From positions 270,175 through 334,174 of the forward strand of contig CAVPCQ010000011.1 of NCBI GenBank assembly GCA_963702425.1: a DNA stretch of 64,000 nt, given 5' to 3'. Each line of letters opens with the position of its first letter. The stretch's first letter is position 1. Made by a program: the position numbers and the translations under genes. This document shows, piece by piece, positions 31,332-42,341 of this stretch. A model generated the notes under the pieces. That model had not been told where the DNA came from. It ran no database searches and saw nothing but the letters and a program-made list of their open reading frames with translations. The stretch comes from an uncultured Acidobacteriota bacterium. Lineage in GTDB: Bacteria > Acidobacteriota > Polarisedimenticolia > J045.

Positions 31332-31338
31332 GCCCCAG

Positions 31339-32385
31339 ATGACCTCTGACACGTCGTCTTCCGTTCCCCTCACCCGATTCGCCTGGCTGTCGATCGCGGC
31401 GGCCCTCGTCACGATCGCGCTCAAGGCTGTCGCGTACGCGCTGACGGGCTCGGTGGGGTTGCTCTCCGACGCACTGGAGTCGGTCGTCAACCTCGTGGGC
31501 GCCATCGTGGCGCTGGCCATGCTGACGGTCGCGGCGCGCCCCGCCGACGAGGACCATGCCTACGGGCACAGCAAGGCGGAGTACTTCTCGAGCGGCGTCG
31601 AAGGCACGCTCATCGTCGTCGCCGCCTTCACCATCGCGTACACCGCCATCGGGCGTCTCCTCGCCCCAAAGCCGCTGGAGCAACTGGGCGTCGGGCTGGC
31701 CGTCTCGCTCGCCGCGTCCCTGGTGAACCTCGGCGTCGCCCTCGTGCTGTTGAAGGCCAGTCGACGGCACAACTCCGTGACGCTCGACGCCAACGCGCAT
31801 CACCTGCTGACGGACGTCTGGACGTCAGTGGGTGTGCTCGCCGGCGTCGGTCTGGTGGGGCTCACCGGATGGAACGCGCTCGACGCGGTCGTGGCGTTGA
31901 TTGTCGCCGCGAACATCGTCTGGACCGGCACGACGATTGTTCGCAAGTCCGTGCTCGGCCTGATGGACACCGCGCTTCCCCCGGACGAACGGCAGGCGCT
32001 GCGCGGGGCCCTCGAGCCGCACCTGAAGGACGGCGTGGACTACCACGCGCTGCGAAGCCGGCAGTCAGGCGCGAGGCGTTTCGTCTCGCTGCACGTCCTC
32101 GTCCCCGGCGAGTGGACGGTGCAGCGGGGGCATGACCTCCTGGAGCGCATCGAGGCCGATATCCGGGGGGCCCTGCCGCAGGTGACGGTCTTCACCCACC
32201 TCGAGTCGCTGGACGATCCCTCTTCCTGGGACGACGTCACGCTGGATCGGCGCGAGGGAGCCGGCTCGAAGCCCCGCCCGGCCGGGACGTCCGGGCCGGC
32301 GACTCGACGGCGCCGGCTGTCCCCGCCTGAACACGCGGCGCCGAACGCGACCCGACCCGAAGGAACGATTGACTCGCGCCGGTGA
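31339..32385 (+). CDS. cation diffusion facilitator (FieF-like) transporter
   Basis: GSVGLLSDALES, HAYGHSKAE, HLLTDVWTS, C-terminal LHVLV...FTHLE. Confidence 0.92.
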   Translation: MTSDTSSSVPLTRFAWLSIAAALVTIALKAVAYALTGSVGLLSDALESVVNLVGAIVALAMLTVAARPADEDHAYGHSKAEYFSSGVEGTLIVVAAFTIAYTAIGRLLAPKPLEQLGVGLAVSLAASLVNLGVALVLLKASRRHNSVTLDANAHHLLTDVWTSVGVLAGVGLVGLTGWNALDAVVALIVAANIVWTGTTIVRKSVLGLMDTALPPDERQALRGALEPHLKDGVDYHALRSRQSGARRFVSLHVLVPGEWTVQRGHDLLERIEADIRGALPQVTVFTHLESLDDPSSWDDVTLDRREGAGSKPRPAGTSGPATRRRRLSPPEHAAPNATRPEGTIDSRR

Positions 32386-32404
32386 CGATCCCTACCCTGA
32401 CACC

Positions 32405-34143
32405 GTGACCGGACACGCTCCCTTGCTCACCGACGTCCAGCGGGCAGTGCTCGCCGACGAACGATCGCTCCTGACCGACCTTCGCGTGGCGCTCGCGCGG
32501 CTCGGCGCAGACGACCACGCGCAGGCGACGCTCGCGCTGTCCCTCCGACAGCTCGACGAGCTGTTCCTGCTGGTTGTCGTGGGCGAGTTCAACGCCGGCA
32601 AGAGCGCCTTCGTCAATGCCCTGATTGGCGAGGACGTGTTGCCGGAAGGGGTGACACCGACCACGGCCCGCATCACGGTCGTACGCCACGGCGCCGCCAC
32701 CGCCACGCAGGTGACGCCCGACGGGGTGGCCGGCGTCACCGCGCCGGTCGACTTCCTGCGCGAGGTGCACGTCGTCGACACGCCCGGCACCAACGCGGTG
32801 CTGCGCGAACACGAGACTGGTGACCACCGAGTTCGTGCCCCGCGCCGACCTCGTGCTCTCGATCACCTCGGCCGACCGGCCGTTCAGCGAGAGCGAGCGG
32901 CAGTTCCTCGAACGGGTGCGCGCCTGGGGCAAGAAGATCGTCTTCGTCGTCAACAAGATCGACATCCTGGAAGGCCCCGCGCAGGTCGACGAGGTGGTCG
33001 CGTTCGTCGCGGACAACGCCAGGGCGCTCCTCGGGGACTCGCCGACGGTCTTTCCCGTCAGCGTCCGCGTCGCGAAACAGGGGCGCGGCGACGCCGCCTC
33101 CTGGGACGCGAGCGGCATGGGAGCCGTGGGCCGGTTCATCTCGAACACGCTGGACGACTCCGAACGGGTGCGGCTGAAGTTGAGGAACCCGCTCGGCGTC
33201 GCGCAGCGCGTGTGCGAGACCCTGCGCAGCGACCTCGCGGCGCGGCTGTCGCTGCTGCACGACGACACGCAGTCGGTCGAGCAAATCGAACGCCAGCTCG
33301 ACGCGTACAGCCACGGACATGACGCGGGACTTCGAGTTCCGCTGGGTCGACATCGAGAAGGTGCTCTTCGACATGGAGCGGCGGGGCCACGACCACTTCG
33401 ACGAGAGCATCCGCCTGGGACGCATCAAGGATCTGCTCAACCGGACCAAGGTGAAGGACAGCTTCGAGCAGCACGTCGTCGCCGACGTGCCACAGCGGCT
33501 GGAAGCCAAGGTCCACGAACTGATCGACTGGATGGTGAACGCCGACTTCCAGCAATGGCAGTCGATCACGCAGCGCCTCGCGGAACGCCGTGCCGCGCAC
33601 GAGGACCGCCTGGGACACTCCGTCACGCTCACCGGGTTTCACCAGGACCGGTCGCGCCTCGTCGAGTCCGTCGGGCGGGAAGCGCAGCGTGTCGTGCAGA
33701 CCTACGACCACGCGAAGGAGGCCTCGGACCTGGCGGAGAAGGCGCGTGCGTCCGTCGCAACGTCGGCCGCGATCGAGGTCGGCGCAGCAGGCCTCGGTGC
33801 CGTGATTGCCGCAGTGGCCACCACGGCGTCTGCCGACGTGACCGGGTTGGCCATGGCCGGCGTCCTGGCCACGGTCGGGCTGCTGGTGATTCCTCACCGC
33901 CGCCGGCAGGCGAAGGAGGAGCTGCGGAAGAAGGTGACCGATCTCCGCGAGCGTCTCGAGCGCTCCCTGCGCTCCGCGTTCGACGATGAGCAGCAGCGGA
34001 GCATCGGCCGGCTGCGACAGAACATCGAGCCCTACGCGAGGTTCGTGCGCACGGAGTCGACGCACCTCGCGAGCGGTCGCGACGAGGTCGACGGGTATCT
34101 CACCCGCATGCGTCGACTCGAGGGGCGGATCGACGCGATGTAG
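32405..34143 (+). CDS. bacterial dynamin-like GTPase (FZL/BDLP type), two frameshifts
   Basis: G1 GEFNAGKS, G2 GVTPTT, G3 DTPG, G4 NKID, helical stalk and C-terminal hydrophobic hairpin. Confidence 0.85.
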
Positions 34144-34184
34144 CCGAGAGGGTGTGAGTCTCAGGCGCAGGTGAAGCCAGCGCC

Positions 34185-34654
34185 CTACGGGCACTCGCAG
34201 GGCGGGCAGCCGATGTCGAACACGACCCGCCACTTCGCGTCGGCGTCGAGCCGCCACGTCGTGTTGAACGTGCCGACCCGCTTCCCGTCCGGGATCGCGA
34301 ACGGGCCCGCTGGTCATGCCGAGCGTGCCGGACGCCAGCACTTCGCCGCGCTCGGGCTCCCAGGAGAACGGCGCCTTGGGTCCCTCGAAGTAGCGCTTCC
34401 AGCCCGCCGCGACCTCGGTCCGCCCCTTCAGCACGCGCGCCGACCCGAAGAAGACGCCTTCCTCGGCCACGAACCCCGCAAATGCCGCGTGGTCCCGGTC
34501 GGCCATGGTCTTGGCGAACGCTCGCTCGGCCGCAAGCAGGGCCTGCTGTCGTTGCTCGGGGGAGACCGGCGGCTGGGCCGCGCGGGCTGGCCTGAGACAG
34601 TGCCGCCGTGGGAACGGCCGCCGTGAGTCGAGCCAGCACGGTACGTCGGGTCAT
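34185..34654 (-). CDS. NTF2-like/DUF4440 family protein (frameshifted)
   Basis: ERAFAKTMADRDHAAFAGFVAEE, PFSWEPE, TSGPV, FNTTWR, WRVVFD, ends GCPPCECP. Confidence 0.75.
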
Positions 34655-34692
34655 GGGGGATACTCTCTCCGGCTATCGGCCGTCGCTAGAAC

Positions 34693-34740
34693 GCTCATAG
34701 CTCACGGCTCAAGCTCGATCGCTCGCAGCTCAAAACTCCC
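34693..34740. repeat. degenerate heptamer tandem repeat (GCTCANN)
   Basis: GCTCATA GCTCACG GCTCAA GCTCGATC GCTCGCA GCTCAAA. Confidence 0.6.
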
Positions 34741-34753
34741 CACCACCCGTCAC

Positions 34754-35544
34754 TCAGTTCCCCAACGGCGCCCACAGCAGCCACAAGCCCGCCGCCACGC
34801 CGATCCCGATGATGGCGCGGCGCACGAACACTTGCGGCACCTTCTGCGCGATGCGCGAGGCGAGATAGCCGCCGGCCATCGCGCCGGCCGCCATCGTCAG
34901 GGCGACGTCCAGTCAACCAGCCCCGAGAAGGCGAACATCACCGCGGCGACCATGTTCATGCAGAAGCCGCCCCAGTTCTTGAGGCCGTTCATCCGGTGGA
35001 TGTCGGTGAGGCCCAGGAAGCCCAGCACGGCCAGCATCAGGATGCCGATGCCGGCGCCGAAGTAGCCGCCGTACACGCCGACCAGGAACTGGTAGATCAG
35101 GGCTGACACCGAGTGGCGCGGCACGAAGCTCCCGTCTCGGGACGCGGTCCGGCGCCGGCGCTCGCGCGCACGCGCCGCATCACCGGCCCTTGGATCGCGA
35201 ACAGCGTCGTCGCACCCAGCACCAGCCACGGCACGATACGGCCGAAGCGGTCGGCCGGCGTCGACAGCAGGAGCAGTGCCCCGGTGATGCCGCCGAGCGT
35301 GCTGGGCACGGCGAAGATCAGCGCCCACCGCTGGAGCCCTGCAGCCGGTCGCGGTAGCCCAGCATGCTGGTCAGCGCGCCGGGTGTCAGGGCCACCGTGC
35401 TTGTCGCGTTGGCCACGAGCGGAGGCACCCGAGCGCCACGAGGGCCGGAAATGTCAGCAAGGTCCCTCCGCCCGCGATCGAGTTGACCGTCGCGCCGAGG
35501 GCCGCCACCACCGCAACCGCCACCAGCCTCAGTCCATCAGGCAC
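34754..35544 (-). CDS. TauE/SafE (TSUP, YfcA-like) family membrane protein, frameshifted
   Basis: [33 protein letters not shown]. Confidence 0.85.
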
Positions 35545-35713
35545 GGGTGGATTATCCCCGATGCCACGCCTGCGGCGTTCGGCCCGGGCGTCACGCGGTG
35601 ACAGGCCGGCCGGCCTGCGTGTCGCCGCGACTACACAACAACGGCCGGAGCGAGTGCCCCGGCCGTTGTCTTCCGCTGTCGTCGCCGGCATCGTGCCGGC
35701 TCGGCCACTCTCG

Positions 35714-36521
35714 CTACCTCGGCATGGGTTCGCCGAACGCCATGGCGACGGCCTGCCCGCCTTGACGATCTCGCCCCAGGCCGTCGTGCCCGGCGTCGAG
35801 AACCCCTGGAGCGCGGCCACCTTCGGCTGCATCTTGGCGATCTGCTGCACGAACCCCTTGGCTTCCGCTGACGCCGGCTTGCCATCCTTGAGCCGGGAGG
35901 CGAGGTCCTTGGCGATCTGCTCGAGCTGCTTCCCGTCGGCCTTCAAGCCGTCGCGGTCGGCCTGGGCGCGACAGTGTCCTTGGCCTTGCCGACCTCGTTC
36001 TCGAACTGCTTCGTCATGCGCCCAACGGCTTCCAGCCGGCCGGCCATGTCCTTGTCGTTGATGCGGACGAACTGCGCGTCCAGCGATTCGAGGGGCCACG
36101 GGACTCCGTAGGCGGCGGCCAGGGAGCCGAGGCTGTTGCTCAGTGCGGTCCACTCCGACGCGGCGGCCGCGGCGCCGCGCTCGCGGTGCCGGCGCTCGAC
36201 GTCATTTCCCTTGCGAAGGACCTGGGTCACTTCGGCGACTGCGGCGTTCTCGGGCTTGAACTTGTCCTTCAACTTGCCGATGTCGTCCTTGAAGCCCTTG
36301 AGGAACTGCTTCACGTCGATGGTGCCCGCCGCGCTCTTGATGACGGCGTCGTCCATGTTGACCTTCTCGAGGCCGTCCTTCCAGCGTTCGTAGTTCTTGT
36401 CCACCTGCTCGATGAGCGACTTCATCTGCTGGTCGGTCAGCCGCTCGGCGGCGGCGGCGATGCCGGGCACGAGCACGGCGAAGGCCCACAGTGCGGCGAC
36501 GAAGATTCCCTTACGTTTCAT
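35714..36521 (-). CDS. secreted helical hypothetical protein with internal duplication (one frameshift)
   Basis: GGAGGGGGAG RBS, signal peptide ending AAA; two similar halves. Confidence 0.7.
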
Positions 36522-36580
36522 ATCGTTCTCCCCCTCCGAGAGAGTGCGGCGTCGACGGCTGTCAGGCGCAACTGACGAGT

Positions 36581-37659
36581 CTACCCGCTGATGAGCGGGT
36601 GTCCTCTCTCCCTTTGGTGCGACGGGGCGGGGCCGCAGCGGGGTCGACAGGCTCCCCGGACATCAGCCGATCGGCCAGCCAGGTCGTGCGCCGCCACATC
36701 GCCGCGGGCCAGCAGAGCGTCCAGCGGTTCCCGCGCCCAGTCCAGAGGACTCGCGCTGCTGGAGCGATGGCCAGGAGCCATCCTCCCGCCGTGGCACGTA
36801 GCGGCACCAGAAGCCGATGTGCCAGGCCAGGAAGTCCTTACCCGCGCGCGGCCGTGCTCGTCGTCTCCCCAGTGTTCCGTGGCCAGGGCGACGTAGCGCT
36901 GGTACATGGCCAGGCGATCATCGGCCGATAACGTCGCGCCACCCGTCGCGGGCCTCCCGAAAGAGGAAGGGATTGATCAGCGCCCCGCGTCCGACCATGA
37001 CGCCCGCGCAGCCTGCGTGGGCGCGCAGTGCTCTCGACTTCGTGGGCCCAGAGGATGTCGCCGTTGCCGATCACCGGCACCGGCACCGCGGTCGCGACCT
37101 CGCCGATCGCGTCCCAGTCGGCCGCCGACCGGTACCGCGCCTCGCGCGTGCGCCCGTGCACGAACACGGCCTGCGCGCCGGCCTCGACGGCGGCGCGCGC
37201 CACCTCGACGTGGTTCCGCATCTTGTCGTTCCACCCGAGGCGGATCTTCACCGTGACGGGTACCGTGACGGCGCGGCTCATGGCCTCGACGATCCGCGCC
37301 ACGCGGCTTGGCTGGCGTGCCAGCGCGGCGCCCATCCCCTTGCGCGTGAAGTGATCGATGGGGCAGCCGAGGTTCACGTCGACGAAGTCCGCCCCGCGGG
37401 CGGCCACCAGCGCCGCGGCCCACGCCATCTCCTCCGGGTTCGTTCCGGCGAGCTGCACCGCGAAGGTGGGCTCGTCCGGCGCGCGGCGGATGAGGGCGAA
37501 CTCCGACCGGCGCTTCTGCTTGAGCCGGCGCGCCACCACCATCTCGGACACCAGCACGCGCGCGCCGAACTCGACGCACAGGCGCCTGTACGGCAGGTTC
37601 GAACCCTTCGTCATCGGCGCGACGACAATCGCGCCGTTCAACACATCGGTGAGGGCCAT
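36581..37659 (-). CDS. tRNA-dihydrouridine synthase family protein, frameshifted
   Basis: VAPMTKGSNLPYR, VDVNLGCP, VTVKIRLGW, VHGRTR, IGNGD, MVGRGAL. Confidence 0.9.
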
Positions 37660-37792
37660 GCGGTGACAGCCTACCCCGTCTGCCCTGCCGCCCGCAGGTT
37701 CTTCCCGGGAGGGTGACCGCCCCGCGGCGCCTGCCGCCAGCGCCTGCGGTGTCGCGTCGACCAGCGCGCCAACCTCGTGTACCCTGCCACGC

Positions 37793-39127
37793 GTGCCCGA
37801 ACAGCCCGGCCTCGCGCGGCGACTCACCCTGTTCGACGCGACGATGATTGTGATGGGAGGCATCGTCGGGGCGGGCATCTTCATGAACCCGGCGGTCGTG
37901 GCCCAGGAGGTGACCTCGTCTGCCGCCATCCTCGGCGCGTGGCTGGCCGGTGGCGCGGTCGCCCTCGCGGGAGCGTTCATCTACGCGGAACTCGCGTCCC
38001 GCCGGCCGGCTGTCGGCGGGCAATACGCCTACCTGCGTGAGGCGTTCCACCCGATGGTGGCGTTTCTCTACGGGTGGACGCTGCTGCTGGTGGTCCAAAG
38101 CGGAGGCATGGCGGCGGTGGCTATGACCTTCGCGCGGTACTTCCGGGAGACCACGGCAATCCCGGCGTCCGACGGCGCCATCGCCGCGTGCACCCTGATG
38201 GCCCTCACGGCCGTGAACTGCCTTGGCGTGCGCGCCGGCAGCAACCTCCAGAGCACGTTCATGGTGCTGAAGATCGGCGCCGTCCTGATGCTGGTGGCCT
38301 GTGGGTGGTACGCCGTGCCGCTCGCCGGCCTGCGGGATGCCGGGGCGGCGGCTGGCGGACCGGGCGTGACCGTGGGCGGATTCGGGGGCGCGCTGGTTCC
38401 GGTGTTGTTCGCATACGGCGGCTGGCAGACGGCCAGCTTCATGGCGGGTGAACTCCGGTCGCCGCGCCGCGACCTTCCCCTCGGCCTGCTGATCGGCGTG
38501 GCGGGTGTCGTTGCCCTCTACCTGTCGGTGAACCTCGTGTGCCTTCGCGTGCTGGGGCCCGCAGGGCTGGCAGGGACGAAGACGCCAGCGACCGACGTGA
38601 TGCGGGCAGCGCTCGGCGACACAGGGGCGCTCGTCATTGCAGCGGGCATCGCGATCTCCACCGTGGGGTTCCTCAGCCAGAGCCTGCTGACAGCGCCCCG
38701 TGTCTACTTTGCGATGGCGGCGGACGGGCTGTTCTTTCGCAGCGTGGCGCGCGTCGACCGCCGCACCCAGGCGCCCACCGTGGCCATCGTCCTGCAGGGC
38801 GTTCTTGCGACGGTCATCGCCCTGTCCGGCAGTTACGAGCGCGTCCTCGGCTACGTGGTGTCGATGGACTGGGTGTTCTTCGGGCTGACGGGGGCCGCCC
38901 TCCTCGTGCTGCGCCGGCGGGACGCGCGCGCGGGAGCGGACGAGACCGGGGTGTTTCACGTCCCAGCTCGGCAGGTGCCGACCGTGGCGTTCATCGCCGT
39001 CGCGTGCTTCATCGTCGTGAACACCATCGACCGTTACCCGGCGAACACCCTCATCGGGTTCGTCCTGCTGGCCGCCGGCGTGCCGGTCTACTTTCTGTGG
39101 CGCCGGAACGCGCCAGAGGGCTCATGA
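37793..39127 (+). CDS. APC family amino acid permease
   Basis: GGIVGAGIF, YAEL, GGQYAYL, FAYGGW, PRVYFAMAADG. Confidence 0.92.
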   Translation: MPEQPGLARRLTLFDATMIVMGGIVGAGIFMNPAVVAQEVTSSAAILGAWLAGGAVALAGAFIYAELASRRPAVGGQYAYLREAFHPMVAFLYGWTLLLVVQSGGMAAVAMTFARYFRETTAIPASDGAIAACTLMALTAVNCLGVRAGSNLQSTFMVLKIGAVLMLVACGWYAVPLAGLRDAGAAAGGPGVTVGGFGGALVPVLFAYGGWQTASFMAGELRSPRRDLPLGLLIGVAGVVALYLSVNLVCLRVLGPAGLAGTKTPATDVMRAALGDTGALVIAAGIAISTVGFLSQSLLTAPRVYFAMAADGLFFRSVARVDRRTQAPTVAIVLQGVLATVIALSGSYERVLGYVVSMDWVFFGLTGAALLVLRRRDARAGADETGVFHVPARQVPTVAFIAVACFIVVNTIDRYPANTLIGFVLLAAGVPVYFLWRRNAPEGS

Positions 39128-40218
39128 GCCGGACCGTCTCCACGCCCTACATCGAGTGGGCCAAGCTGTCGTCGTCTGCGCCGGTCAGCCTCGCCGCGAG
39201 CGGGGTCCCACACGCGTCCGTGACCGACCTGGGGATCACGTTCGAAGACGTCGAGATTGCCGGGCCCAGCGCCTACGGCTATGAACCGCTCGTCGCGGCC
39301 ATCGCGGCAAAGCACGGCGTGGCGGAGGACTGCGTCGTCACGGCCGCCGGGACCTCCATGGCCAATCACCTGGCCATGGCGGGCCTCGTCGCGCCCGGCG
39401 ACCACGTGGTCATCGAGCGGCCGACGTACGAGCCGATGCTCGGCGTGCTGGAGTACCTCGGTGCGCGCGTCACGCGGGTCGATCGCCAGCCCGCGGGCGG
39501 CTTCGCCCTCGATGCCGATCTCGTGGCGGCCGCCATCACGCCGGCCACGAAGCTCGTCGTGCTGGCGAACCTCCACAACCCGAGCAGCCACCTCACGTCG
39601 GTCGAGACGCTGAGCGCGATCGGCGTCGCCGCCGAGCGCGTCGGGGCGCGGGTCCTGGTCGACGAGGTGTACCTCGACGCGGTGTTCGATGCCCCGCAGC
39701 GATCCTGCGTGCACCTCGGACCCATGTTCGTCTCGACGAACAGCCTGACCAAGCTGTACGGCGTGTCCGGGCTGCGTTGTGGCTGGATCCTGGCCGAGCC
39801 CGCTCTCGCGAGACGGCTCTGGAGGCTCAACGACCTGTTCAGCAGCGTGCCCGCATTCGTCGCCGAGCGGCTGGCGCTCCGTGTCTTCGAGCGTTTGCCA
39901 CTCGTGCTGCAACGCTCGCGGGCGTTGCTCGAGACGAACCGGCAACTCGTCCGCGAGTTCTTCTCGTCACGCGGCGATGTGCGCCTCACGGTGCCGCCCT
40001 ACGGCACGACGGTGTGCTTCAGGCCGCCAGACGGTCGAGCCGAAGCGTTGTGGCGCCACCTGCGCACGCGGTACGACACGTCGCTCGTGCCAGGCAGGTT
40101 CTTCGAGGCGCCGGACCACCTGCGGCTCGGGTTGTGCGCGGATCCGGCCACGACCGCCGACGGACTGTCACGTCTCGCGCGCGCCCTGGACGACATGGTG
40201 CGTGGCGAGGTGTCGTAG
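39124..40218 (+). CDS. class I/II PLP-dependent aminotransferase
   Basis: NLHNPS, DEVY, SLTKLYGVSGLRCGW; ATGA overlap with the permease. Confidence 0.88.
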   Translation: MSRTVSTPYIEWAKLSSSAPVSLAASGVPHASVTDLGITFEDVEIAGPSAYGYEPLVAAIAAKHGVAEDCVVTAAGTSMANHLAMAGLVAPGDHVVIERPTYEPMLGVLEYLGARVTRVDRQPAGGFALDADLVAAAITPATKLVVLANLHNPSSHLTSVETLSAIGVAAERVGARVLVDEVYLDAVFDAPQRSCVHLGPMFVSTNSLTKLYGVSGLRCGWILAEPALARRLWRLNDLFSSVPAFVAERLALRVFERLPLVLQRSRALLETNRQLVREFFSSRGDVRLTVPPYGTTVCFRPPDGRAEALWRHLRTRYDTSLVPGRFFEAPDHLRLGLCADPATTADGLSRLARALDDMVRGEVS

Positions 40219-40373
40219 CGTCGCTGGGGGCGCATCCCGAAGGACGCGCCCGACGAGGATCGCAAACAACCAGCGCTGCAAGGACCACGAAGACGCGCCG
40301 TGCGGGCGGGCCTCTGATGAGAGCACGCGGGAGGTGGCGCGCGGGCTTCAGATCCTGCGCGTCTCGACCCGCC

Positions 40374-41546
40374 TCACAAGGCCGCGGTTTCGTGCAGCAG
40401 CCGGCCCGACGCGAACCGGTCGATCGACAAATCCGACCACTCGATCGCATCGCATCGCCCGTGCATGAGAAGGTCGGCGACGATGCGGCCGGTCGCGGGC
40501 GCGTGCATGACGCCGTGACCGCTGAAGCCGTTGGCGAGCCAGAGCCCCTCAACTCCCGGCGCAGGCCCGACGATGCCGTGCTTGTCAGGCGACATCTCGT
40601 AGAGGCCTGCCCACCCCTTCGCCGGGTTCACGGCGAGATCCGCGAAGGCCGGCACGCGGGCCGCGGCCTTCAGCAGGACCTTCTCGACGAAGCCGCGATC
40701 GAAGACCGGCTCGCACGATCGGGGCTCATCGGGGTCGTGCCACGCGAGCAGGTAGCCGCGCCCTTCGGGGCGGAAGTGGAAGCCCGTGCCCATGTCGATG
40801 ACCATCGGCAGGCGTTCCGGCAACCCGGGAAGCGGCTCCGTCGGCAGCAGCATGCGGCGGTGCGGCGACCACGGGGAGATCGATGCCGGCGGTGCTCGCG
40901 AGGGGGGAGGCCCACGCGCCAGCGGCCAGCACCACGTGACGCGCGCCGATCCGGCCCGTGGACGTCTCCACGGCCGTGACACGCCGGTTCGTCGTCTCGA
41001 TGGCCAGCGTGGTCGTCCGCTTGCGAAGACACACGCCGAGGGCGAGCGCGGCCTGCGTGAACCCGTTCATCACGCTGTACGGGTCGACGAAGCCGTCGGT
41101 GGGGCAGTAACTCCCCCCGTCACATCGTCCACGCGGAGCTGCGGCAGCATCGCGTGGACCTCAGTGGTCGACAGCAGACGGGCACCTTGCAGCCCGAGCG
41201 CCAGCTGTCGTGCGTGATTCGCCCCCAGGTACTCGAGGTGCGCCGCACTCGTCGCGACGAACAAATAGCCGTGCGGACGGTAGCCGGACGGGTGTCCGGT
41301 TTCCTGTTCGAACCTGGCGTAGAACGGGATGGAGTAGAGGGACAGCCGGATGTTGACGTCGGTCGCGAACTGCGCGCGCACGCCGCCCATGCTCTTGCCC
41401 GTCGAGCCGCGCCCCTGGTGTGACTCGCGCTCGAGCAGGAGCACGTCGCGACATCCGGCACGAGCCAGGTGCCAGGCGACACTGGCGCCGACGATGCCGG
41501 CGCCGATGATGACAACGTCCGCGGCGTCCGTGCTGGCGGTGCTCAA
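40374..41546 (-). CDS. FAD-dependent oxidoreductase (sarcosine oxidase beta/DadA family), frameshifted
   Basis: [46 protein letters not shown]. Confidence 0.9.
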
Positions 41547-42167
41547 GGCGTGGGCGGGGCCGGAGGGTAGTTCGCCAGCAGGGCCACGACGTACCCGTCG
41601 ATTTGTTCGGCCGTCGCGGTCTGACTCCCGAGCATCTGCGTGCCCATGGCGCGCCACACCATTCGCCGCGAGATGGCGTCGAGCAACTCGATGGCCAGTG
41701 CCCCGACGCGTTCCCTCTCGATGGTCGTCACGAGGCCCTGTTTCGACGGGTCCCGCGTTGCCGACGTTCGTTCGGCGGTCTGTGGCTTCAGCTTGCCGAG
41801 CGGGCGCGCGTAGACGCTGACCAGCACGTCCGCGGGTGTGCCGGGGCCAGCCTTGGTCATGCCCTTCGTGCCGAGCACCCGCTCGACAGCGCTCACCAGC
41901 AACCGATGGTTCGTCGGGTTCTTCAGGGCTTCCATGTCCGGCGCCCAGTCGAACGAGTGGTATCGCGGGAACGCGGCGCCCTGGTCGGTACTCGATCTCG
42001 ATCGCCGGGGTGGGCGGCAGGTCGCTCTGGCGTTGCTCGGATTGCGCCGACGCACGGCCGGGCACGATCGCCACCGCACACACCAGCGCGACGCCGACCC
42101 ACAGGGCGAGCCCTTCACGGCGTGCGGCCTTCGAGGGCCGACCGCCCTGCCCCGACATCAGTCGCAT
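41543..42167 (-). CDS. DUF4136-like exported protein
   Basis: Hydrophobic signal, [26 protein letters not shown], ends NYPP. Confidence 0.65.
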
Positions 42168-42341
42168 TGCGCCTCCCGCGGCATGATGGGGAAGGGTAGC
42201 GCAGTTCTTCGCGGCCGGGAACCGCGCACTGGAGTGCGCCGCCCGGACGCGGAGGTTTCGCGTATCCTGTTTCACCGGTCCCGCCGAACCGCGGTGCGTG
42301 CCGGCCCGGCGGCGGGACCAATCCGGCGAGAGGAACAACCC

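Noticed and set aside
30094-32385. 763-aa membrane protein-CDF fusion in the ORF track
   Set aside because: A frameshift near 30465 creates it; the membrane protein ends at 31243 and the CDF starts at 31339.
36977-38959. Long antisense or alternate-frame ORFs (also 17280-19103, 38539-39123, 41070-43016)
   Set aside because: Arg/Pro/Ala/Gly-rich shadows expected in high-GC DNA, overlapping well-supported genes.
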